Below, piece after piece: positions 1 through 8,273 of a DNA stretch of 64,000 bases; positions within the stretch are counted from its first letter, which is position 1, and every line of letters begins with the position of its first letter. The stretch is from Patescibacteria group bacterium (GTDB lineage: Bacteria; Patescibacteriota; Minisyncoccia; Phycocordibacterales; Phycocordibacteraceae), in contig JAZKIS010000002.1 of assembly GCA_040384725.1 (NCBI GenBank), forward strand, positions 7,682 to 71,681, written 5' to 3'. The translations under genes and the position numbers were made by a program. The notes beneath the pieces were generated by a model, which ran no database searches, had not been told where the DNA came from, and worked only from the letters and a program-made list of their open reading frames with translations.

Positions 1-329
1 AGGCTTTCATGCAGTTCTCGTCTGACCTCGATGCGAACACCAAGAAGCAGATCGAGGCAGGACAGCGCATGACGGAGATGCTCAAGCAGGGCAACGGCAA
101 GCCGATCGCGTTCGAGATGGAGTCTGCGATCATCTTCGCCGCGACTAACGGCTACTTCGATGGCTTCGCGCCTGAGGAGACCGCCGGCGCGGAGATACGT
201 CTTCAGGACTTCCTCAATCGCGAGGCGATGGGCGTCCTTGCAGCGATCCGCACCACCAAGGAGATCGGCGAGGCAACGGAGAAGGATCTCCGCACTGCAC
301 TCGATAAGTTCGTAGAGCGTTCTGCATAG
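1..329 (+). CDS. atpA: F1F0 ATP synthase alpha subunit, C-terminal fragment (5' end outside window)
   Basis: ORF in frame to the window edge; translation ...KKQIEAGQRMTEMLKQGN...FLNREAMGVLAAIRT matches the conserved C-terminal helical domain of AtpA; directly followed by atpG-atpD-atpC. Confidence 0.9.
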   Translation, partial: AFMQFSSDLDANTKKQIEAGQRMTEMLKQGNGKPIAFEMESAIIFAATNGYFDGFAPEETAGAEIRLQDFLNREAMGVLAAIRTTKEIGEATEKDLRTALDKFVERSA

Positions 330-337
330 CATCATCC

Positions 338-2660
<2,323 letters not shown>

Positions 2661-2662
2661 GT

Positions 2663-2911
2663 ATGGCGAAGACCTTCCACCTCACTATCGCGAACGTCGG
2701 AGAGAATCTCTTCGATGGTGAGGCGCTGTCGGTTACCCTTCCGGGAGCCGAAGGAATGTTCACCGTTATGGCAGGACATGAGGCCTTCGTTACGCCGCTT
2801 AAGGCAGGCGTCGCGCTCGTGAAGACCACCGACGGCGCCGAGACCTCCTACACGCTTCACCCAGGTGGCATCGCAGAAGTTTCGGGCGGGCAGGCGACCG
2901 TTCTTCTATAA
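2663..2911 (+). CDS. atpC: ATP synthase epsilon subunit, short form (N-terminal beta-sandwich only, 82 aa)
   Basis: MAKTFHLTIANVGENLFDGEALSVTLPGAEGMFTVMAGH... matches the epsilon beta-sandwich; stop followed immediately by an intrinsic terminator. Confidence 0.85.
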   Translation: MAKTFHLTIANVGENLFDGEALSVTLPGAEGMFTVMAGHEAFVTPLKAGVALVKTTDGAETSYTLHPGGIAEVSGGQATVLL

Positions 2912-2923
2912 GAAATAAGTAAA

Positions 2924-2960
2924 GCACCGCCCGGGTTCTCCCCGGGCGGTGCTTTACTTT
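2924..2960 (+). terminator. Rho-independent terminator of atp operon
   Basis: GCACCGCCCGGG-ttctc-CCCGGGCGGTGC perfect 12-bp stem followed by TTTACTTT. Confidence 0.85.
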
Positions 2961-2989
2961 ACACAGGTACGTACCATACTTACCCACAT

Positions 2990-3409
2990 ATGAATGAAGA
3001 CGGCGAGTTCGATCCAGTTCCTAAGGCGCCTTCGCATTACCATGGCGACACGGTGCGTGCCTATTTTCTTATTGCGGCCGTACTCATCTTTATAACGAGG
3101 TTCATTGGCGCTGAGCTGCCGTTCTCGTCGGGAGCTCAGATGCTTCTTATCCTTACGCTCGTTATCTTGGCAGGACTGACGAATCCAGCACAGAAAATGA
3201 TTCATTACGCCAACATGCTCGTCTCCATTGCGGGCGTCCTTACGTTCAGCGGCCTTGCGTTCTCACGCATTGAAACTCCCGAAGCCCTGTTCTCTGGAGC
3301 AGGTCTCGTGGTTATAATTGCGCTCGTGTTCCTTGCGACATTGTATTTCGCAACGCGTACCGTACGCGGACTCTCCGTGCCGCACATCCACATGCCTTCC
3401 GAAGACTAG
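2990..3409 (+). CDS. hypothetical membrane protein (3-4 predicted TM helices)
   Basis: 139-aa ORF with long hydrophobic stretches (AVLIFITRFIGAEL..., LLILTLVILAGL..., VVIIALVFLATLYF). Confidence 0.5.
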   Translation: MNEDGEFDPVPKAPSHYHGDTVRAYFLIAAVLIFITRFIGAELPFSSGAQMLLILTLVILAGLTNPAQKMIHYANMLVSIAGVLTFSGLAFSRIETPEALFSGAGLVVIIALVFLATLYFATRTVRGLSVPHIHMPSED

Positions 3410-3466
3410 TTTCGTCTACGCATCCCCAAGCGAGGCTTTTTCTGGTTGTGATAAAATAGGGTACAT

Positions 3467-3697
3467 ATGATTCAGAAATTCCTCGTACGCCAGGCTCTTA
3501 AGATGAAGATGAAGGATATGCCCGAAGCGCAGCGGGAGCAGATCCTAACACTCGTCGAGAAGGATCCGGAACTCTTCAAGAAGATCGGCGAAGAAGTGGA
3601 TCGCCGCGTGAAGGGAGGCGAGAACCAGATGAAGGCCTCCATGGAGGTTATGAAGAAGTACCGCACAGAGCTCTCGGGACTCGTGGGTCCTCAGTAG
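3467..3697 (+). CDS. hypothetical small K/E-rich protein
   Basis: 76-aa ORF, unbiased composition, no SD; upstream TGTGATAAAAT -10-like element. Confidence 0.4.
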   Translation: MIQKFLVRQALKMKMKDMPEAQREQILTLVEKDPELFKKIGEEVDRRVKGGENQMKASMEVMKKYRTELSGLVGPQ

Positions 3698-3705
3698 TAG
3701 TCTCT

Positions 3706-4290
3706 ATGAAAGCGAAGCGCATATTCATTCTTCTCGGCCATCCGGATTCCGGGATGGAGCCGATGTCTCGTACTCTAGCTGATACCTATGAGCAGGCTGC
3801 AAAGGACGCTGGACACGAAGTTCGAAGAATAAATATCTTCGACCTCTCGTTCGATCCGGTCTTGCATAAAGGATATCGCGCGATTCAGGAACTCGAGCCG
3901 GACCTGAAGACGGTGCAAGAGAACATAACGTGGTCCGAGCATTTCGTACTCGTGTATCCGAACTGGTGGGGCGGCATGCCCGCGCAACTTAAGGGCATGT
4001 GGGATCGCATGTTCCTGCCGCGCTTCGCGTTTCGTATGTGGAAGAACCGGTTCGGCTGGGACGCGCTTCTGAAGGGGCGCACGGCGCGCGTCCTCATAAC
4101 CTGCGGAAATCCAGCAATTCTCGACCATCTCGCGTTCGGCGACTTCACGTCTTCGATCAAAAGGTCGTTGCTTCAGTTTGCAGGATTCAGGACCTGGGTA
4201 TCCGCGTTCGGACATAGCGAGCACGCGTCAGAGAAGACGCAGGAACGTTGGAAGCGAGAGGTACGTTCGCTCGGACGGAGGGGACGATAA
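3706..4290 (+). CDS. flavodoxin-like fold NAD(P)H dehydrogenase (quinone) family protein (MdaB/KefF/azoreductase-like)
   Basis: MKAKRIFILLGHPD...HFVLVYPNWWGGMPAQLKGMWDRMF matches the Flavodoxin_2 family signature (FVxPxWWxxxPAxLKxxxDRV). Confidence 0.75.
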   Translation: MKAKRIFILLGHPDSGMEPMSRTLADTYEQAAKDAGHEVRRINIFDLSFDPVLHKGYRAIQELEPDLKTVQENITWSEHFVLVYPNWWGGMPAQLKGMWDRMFLPRFAFRMWKNRFGWDALLKGRTARVLITCGNPAILDHLAFGDFTSSIKRSLLQFAGFRTWVSAFGHSEHASEKTQERWKREVRSLGRRGR

Positions 4291-4361
4291 GTATAGAAAC
4301 TAACAGAGCCCCAATTCTAGCGGGCGTATGTACGTGTAGATTTGAGGCTCTGAAGAAGTTG

Positions 4362-4580
4362 TTACTTCTTAGTGACCTCCTTGATTTCGAACGTTCCCCA
4401 GACGTTAACGAGTACCAAGAGGCCTATGAGGGCCGGTATGTTCGAGATCATATAGAACACGAGTATCTGCCACCAGGCAAAGGTCGTGAAGATATGCATC
4501 CCTGCGAGTGGCCAAAGAATGAGGCCGACCGCGAGACTTACCAGTCCGACGAGAATGTACTTGTTCGTAACCTTGAGCAT
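4362..4580 (-). CDS. hypothetical small membrane protein (2 TM)
   Basis: 72-aa ORF, two hydrophobic helices (ILVGLVSLAVGLILWPLAG; ILVFYMISNIPALIGLLVLV). Confidence 0.4.
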   Translation of the reverse strand: MLKVTNKYILVGLVSLAVGLILWPLAGMHIFTTFAWWQILVFYMISNIPALIGLLVLVNVWGTFEIKEVTKK

Positions 4581-4647
4581 TGAAAACTCCTTTCGCTAAG
4601 GTACGGGTGAGTAATACCACCCGCATGCATGCATGTCAAACGAGCCC

Positions 4648-4676
4648 TTGACAATTTATATAAGAAGCGCTATATT
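4648..4676 (+). promoter_or_regulatory. sigma-70-type promoter (TTGACA-17-TATATT)
   Basis: Consensus -35 TTGACA at 4648-4653, 17-nt spacer, -10 TATATT at 4671-4676. Confidence 0.6.
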
Positions 4677-4683
4677 CATTCCA

Positions 4684-4818
4684 GGAAAGCAGACGGCGAA
4701 ATAAGCCAAGGACTTCTTCACCGAAAGAAACCCAGCACGTGGGAACGGAAAGATAGTCTTCTGCAGACCCAAGTCCCCGCGAGGCGCAGCAGCTGCGACC
4801 CGGGGACTTTTATTTTTA
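4684..4818 (+). ncRNA. candidate small RNA or terminated leader between promoter and intrinsic terminator upstream of ychF
   Basis: ~135 nt between consensus promoter and hairpin GTCCCCG...CGGGGAC followed by TTTTATTTTTAT (4773-4818); no ORF can start downstream of the promoter. Confidence 0.35.
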
Positions 4819-4842
4819 TACATAACCGCGTAAGGTGAACGT

Positions 4843-5937
4843 ATGAAAATCGGCATCGTAGGACTTCCGAACGTCGGGAAGTCCACTCTCTTTAATGCGC
4901 TCACCAAGGCCGCGGTCCCCGCGGAGAATTATCCGTTCTGCACCATAGACCCGTCTGTTGGTGTCGTGGGTGTTCCGGACGAGCGCCTAACGCGCCTCGC
5001 TGAGCTTTCGAAGTCAGAGAAGACCATCCCCGCAGCAATCGAGTTCGTTGATATCGCAGGACTCGTTAAGGGCGCGTCAGAGGGCGAGGGTCTCGGAAAC
5101 CAGTTCCTCTCTCACATCCGCGAGGTGGATGCCATTCTCCAGATGGTCCGTTTCTTCGACGATCCTGACGTTATCCATGTGCATGGGGACGTTGATCCGG
5201 TTCGCGACATCGAGATCATCAATCTCGAGCTCATCCTCGCGGACCAGCAGTCCGTATCTGGACGCCGCGAGCGCTTAGTGCGTGATGTTAAGGCTGGGAA
5301 CAAGGATGCAGTTGCCGAGGATGCTGTGCTCACCCAGATCGAGCAGGCGCTCCTCTCCGGAAAGCTGGCACGAACGGTAGAGCTCTCGGACGAGGACGCG
5401 AAGCGCATCAAGTCACTGAACCTCCTTACCTTGAAACCAATCCTCTACTCCTTCAACGGAAAGGCAGGCGGACACAATCTCTCCGAGATGAATGACGGGC
5501 GTGCGCAGGCTGCGTACGACCTCGTTGAGTCCTTGGGCGGGCGTTATGTAGAGGTTGATGCGCGTACCGAGCATGAGCTGAACGACGTTGCCTCGGAGGA
5601 CAAGGATATGTTCCGTTCCGAGCTCGGGGTGCAGGTAGACGGGCTCGAGGCGCTCATCCGTGGCGCGTACGATACGCTCGGCCTCATCACTTTCTTTACG
5701 ACGGGCCCTAAGGAGACACGGGCCTGGACCATTACGCGCGGAGCATCTGCGCCTGAGGCAGGAGCAGCCATCCATAACGACTTTAAGGACAAGTTTATTA
5801 GGGCCGAGGTTGTTGGATGCGATACGCTCGTTGCAGACGGCTCATGGAGCGCTGCCAGGGATAAGGGTGATATACGAACCGAAGGGAAAACGTACATCGT
5901 GAATGATGGGGACGTGATGGTGTTTTTGCATAGTTAG
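4843..5937 (+). CDS. ychF: ribosome-binding ATPase YchF (Obg-family GTPase)
   Basis: [21 protein letters not shown]...; C-terminal TGS domain; SD AAGGTGA upstream. Confidence 0.95.
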   Translation: MKIGIVGLPNVGKSTLFNALTKAAVPAENYPFCTIDPSVGVVGVPDERLTRLAELSKSEKTIPAAIEFVDIAGLVKGASEGEGLGNQFLSHIREVDAILQMVRFFDDPDVIHVHGDVDPVRDIEIINLELILADQQSVSGRRERLVRDVKAGNKDAVAEDAVLTQIEQALLSGKLARTVELSDEDAKRIKSLNLLTLKPILYSFNGKAGGHNLSEMNDGRAQAAYDLVESLGGRYVEVDARTEHELNDVASEDKDMFRSELGVQVDGLEALIRGAYDTLGLITFFTTGPKETRAWTITRGASAPEAGAAIHNDFKDKFIRAEVVGCDTLVADGSWSAARDKGDIRTEGKTYIVNDGDVMVFLHS

Positions 5938-5974
5938 ATCACAGCAATAGAGGACACGGCAGTGCACTGCGTCC

Positions 5975-6006
5975 AAAAGGTTCGATCCCTCAGACTGCCA
6001 GCAATA
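5975..6006 (+). repeat. copy a of ~35-nt intergenic repeat family (aAAGGTTC..ATCGTCCCAGACTGCCAGCgATA)
   Basis: AAAAGGTTCGATCCCTCAGACTGCCAGCAATA. Confidence 0.45.
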
Positions 6007-6010
6007 TTTG

Positions 6011-6060
6011 TATAAAAAGAAAAGCCGCCCGGAGGAGCGGCGGGGAAGTAATTCCTCCGG
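6011..6060 (-). terminator. intrinsic terminator for minus-strand gene 6076..6399 (also separates it from ychF)
   Basis: CCGGAGGA...TCCTCCGG 8-bp stem; on the minus strand followed by CTTTTCTTTTTATAC. Confidence 0.55.
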
Positions 6061-6075
6061 GCTGCCTCGAGCGAC

Positions 6076-6399
6076 TTAGCGGCTCTGTTCTGTCAGGAGC
6101 CCTTCGGCGGCACTGACACATGAATAGAAGGTGTAATCCTTCTCTGGAGCGGTGCGCAAATCTCTGTTCCTGTCAGGAACCGGACTGCACATTCGTTCCG
6201 CTGCAGTGCGTAGGTCGCCATCCCAAACGATCTCACGATCGCCACGCGCGGAACCAGTCCGCGAAGGCTCGTACCCTATACGGCCGGTCTGGTAGGTGAC
6301 CTGTGTCGGTTCGGTATGAGTGTTGCTCGTGACCGTGACCGACAGTAGAGCCAGGGTGCCTCCAAAGAGAGCACCCCAGACAAACGATGAAGTAGACAT
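6076..6399 (-). CDS. hypothetical secreted protein (signal peptide, 2 Cys)
   Basis: Start at MSTSSFVWGALFGGTLALLSVTVTS with GGAGA SD 8 nt upstream; the longer ORF-track start lacks an SD. Confidence 0.5.
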   Translation of the reverse strand: MSTSSFVWGALFGGTLALLSVTVTSNTHTEPTQVTYQTGRIGYEPSRTGSARGDREIVWDGDLRTAAERMCSPVPDRNRDLRTAPEKDYTFYSCVSAAEGLLTEQSR

Positions 6400-6490
6400 G
6401 CTTTCTCCCAAGGAACGGTTTGATTCTATATAGTTATACTCTATATAAGTATATTTGTCAAGTATGATTTGATGCATAAAAGGTCCGCGC

Positions 6491-6513
6491 TTCGTCCCTG
6501 TCTGCCAGAAATA
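6491..6513 (+). repeat. copy f (degenerate) of the intergenic repeat family
   Basis: TTCGTCCCTGTCTGCCAGAAATA. Confidence 0.3.
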
Positions 6514-6542
6514 CTAAAGGGCTCGTCATATTCAGACGAGCC
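6504..6542 (-). terminator. intrinsic terminator of gene 6532..6720
   Basis: GGGCTCGTC-atattca-GACGAGCCC overlapping the stop codon, followed on the minus strand by TTTAGTATTT. Confidence 0.55.
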
Positions 6543-6720
6543 CCATGAATTTTAGAAGAAAGTAGACTGCAACACAGGCGAGGATTACCAAGAACACTAT
6601 TCCCAGTATTTCGGCCAAGTCATTTGCAGCTTCCCTTGCTTCCTCCCCCAGGATTCCCGTTATCCCTAGAAGAAGGAACGCGGGATTGGCGGCAAAGACA
6701 AAGTACCAGAACCAATACAT
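6532..6720 (-). CDS. hypothetical small membrane protein (2 TM)
   Basis: 62-aa ORF MYWFWYFVFAANPAFLLLGITGIL...; SD GGGAGAAAAG upstream. Confidence 0.45.
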   Translation of the reverse strand: MYWFWYFVFAANPAFLLLGITGILGEEAREAANDLAEILGIVFLVILACVAVYFLLKFMGLV

Positions 6721-6780
6721 GCTTTTCTCCCTGAACTTTCAGTATGAATAATACACTACAAACTATGTTTGTCAACAGTA

Positions 6781-6817
6781 AGGTAGGTTCCTCTATCGTC
6801 CCAGACTGCCTGCTATA
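6781..6817 (+). repeat. copy b of the intergenic repeat family
   Basis: AGGTAGGTTCCTCTATCGTCCCAGACTGCCTGCTATA. Confidence 0.45.
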
Positions 6818-6819
6818 CT
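6811..6819 (+). promoter_or_regulatory. extended -10 (TGcTATACT) 8 nt upstream of ATG, leaderless promoter
   Basis: TGnTATACT followed by tctcgcat-ATG. Confidence 0.5.
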
Positions 6820-6827
6820 TCTCGCAT

Positions 6828-7256
6828 ATGGAACTAAGCAATCTCATGGGTCCTGTAGAAATACAGTTTGTTATCGGTCTCGGGCTCTCCCTTATCCTCG
6901 GCTACCTTGTCGGCGCCGAGCGTGAGATGCGTCGCAAGGATGCAGGCATCAGCACGCACATAATGGTTATCGCGGGCTCGATGCTTTTCACGCTTCTTTC
7001 GAACGTGGTTGATCCGCTTTCAACCTCCCGCATCGCGTCCCAGATCGTAGTTGGTATCGGATTCCTCGGAGCCGGCCTCATCCTCAGGGAGGGGACGAGC
7101 GTTAAGAACCTCACGACGGCTGCGAGCGTCTGGTTCGCAGCTGCTATCGGCATGGCGCTCGGTTTCGGCTTCTACATCGTTGCGATTCTTGCGGCGCTCG
7201 TTATCGCGCTCGTACCGCGCATCCCGAGCCTGCACGAAGAGAAGCACGAGGAATAA
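6828..7256 (+). CDS. MgtC/SapB family membrane protein
   Basis: GLGLSLILGYLVGAEREMRRKDAGISTHIMVIAGSMLFTLLS is the MgtC N-terminal signature; start at MELS 8 nt after TGcTATACT, so leaderless. Confidence 0.7.
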   Translation: MELSNLMGPVEIQFVIGLGLSLILGYLVGAEREMRRKDAGISTHIMVIAGSMLFTLLSNVVDPLSTSRIASQIVVGIGFLGAGLILREGTSVKNLTTAASVWFAAAIGMALGFGFYIVAILAALVIALVPRIPSLHEEKHEE

Positions 7257-7269
7257 AAGTCTAGAGGCG

Positions 7270-7278
7270 TGGTATAAT
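7270..7278 (+). promoter_or_regulatory. extended -10 (TGgTATAAT) 8 nt upstream of ATG, leaderless promoter
   Basis: TGGTATAAT then ccgcgcat-ATG. Confidence 0.5.
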
Positions 7279-7286
7279 CCGCGCAT

Positions 7287-8264
7287 ATGGAAAACACCCC
7301 CGCTGCAGCGCCCTCCGCATCGAAGACGACACCGCGTGACTTCTTCTTCTGGGCAGGGCTCCTTGTAGCGCTCATCGGAAGCGTCATCTCGCTCACGACG
7401 CTTCTCTTCTCCTATATAAACTTTGCGTTCCCTGATCCGCTCGCGTACTACGGCGATCCGTACGGCGGCGAAGTACGTGTCGCGATGGCGTCCGTGATCG
7501 TATTCATCCCGACGGCGCTCATCCTCGCGCATCTGATCAGGCAGACCATCGTGAAGGAGGCTGGCAAGGCGAACATCTGGGTTCGTCGCTGGGCACTCGG
7601 TCTCATACTCTTCGTCGCGACCTTAACTATCCTCACGGACCTCATCACGCTCATCATGACGTTCCTCGGGGGCGAGATAACGATCCGCTTCGGTCTTAAG
7701 GTGTCGGTGGTGCTCCTGGTAGCGGCATTCATGTTCCTGCATTTCCTCGCGGACCTGAAGGGGTACTGGCTCGAGAACGTTAAGAAGGCAGGGCTCGTAT
7801 CGTCTTCGATACTCGCAATGGCGCTCGTCTCGGTTGTCGCCGGCTTCTTCATCATCGGTACGCCAGGCGAGATCCGCATGATGCGCTTTGACGAGCAGAA
7901 AGTAATGGACCTCCAGAGCATCCAGTACCAGGTGATGAACTACTACCAGCAGAAAGAGGAGCTCCCTGAGTCCCTTGCGGCACTCAACGATCCTATCTCA
8001 AGCTTCATGACGCCGGTTGATCCTCAATCTGGAGCGGCATACCAGTATCGCGTAACGAGCGCGCTCACGTTCGAGCTCTGCGCGGCATTCAATAAGCCGA
8101 CACCGGACACCCGCGGCCAAGGAGGGTACCCGGCTCGCGATATGAGCTACCCGTCCATGGGCATGGGAGTCGATGAGAACTGGCTGCATGAGGCGGGCGA
8201 TACCTGCTTCACGCGCACCATCGATCCTGAGCGCTACCCGGCCTTCGAGAAGCCTCTCCAGTAG
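7287..8264 (+). CDS. DUF5671-like multi-pass membrane protein with C-terminal soluble domain
   Basis: 325-aa ORF; N-terminal half four hydrophobic helices (FFWAGLLVALIGSVISL..., LVAAFMFLHFLADL...); architecture typical of DUF5671 proteins. Confidence 0.55.
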   Translation: MENTPAAAPSASKTTPRDFFFWAGLLVALIGSVISLTTLLFSYINFAFPDPLAYYGDPYGGEVRVAMASVIVFIPTALILAHLIRQTIVKEAGKANIWVRRWALGLILFVATLTILTDLITLIMTFLGGEITIRFGLKVSVVLLVAAFMFLHFLADLKGYWLENVKKAGLVSSSILAMALVSVVAGFFIIGTPGEIRMMRFDEQKVMDLQSIQYQVMNYYQQKEELPESLAALNDPISSFMTPVDPQSGAAYQYRVTSALTFELCAAFNKPTPDTRGQGGYPARDMSYPSMGMGVDENWLHEAGDTCFTRTIDPERYPAFEKPLQ

Positions 8265-8273
8265 AAACGGTAT

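Noticed and set aside
4684-4818. Considered whether the orphan transcript is SRP (4.5S) RNA, because of an AGGAAAGCAGAC segment
   Set aside because: The conserved helix-8 GNRA tetraloop/symmetric-loop arrangement and a 5'/3' terminal helix could not be drawn by eye; left as an unclassified sRNA/leader candidate pending a covariance-model scan.
4629-4838. 69-aa ORF upstream of ychF
   Set aside because: The consensus promoter (-35 at 4648) lies downstream of its start codon and the ORF runs through the intrinsic terminator; the region was interpreted as a non-coding transcript or leader instead.
5957-6006. tRNA-like stretch (GGTTCGATCCC T-loop mimic, palindromic GCAGTGCACTGC, ...GCCAGCA) after ychF
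   Set aside because: No complete cloverleaf can be drawn (no D-arm or anticodon arm, only a ~6-bp acceptor-like pairing). The segment aligns instead with the ~35-nt intergenic repeat family (AAAGGTTC...AGACTGCCAGC), so it was reported as a repeat copy rather than a tRNA or tRNA pseudogene.
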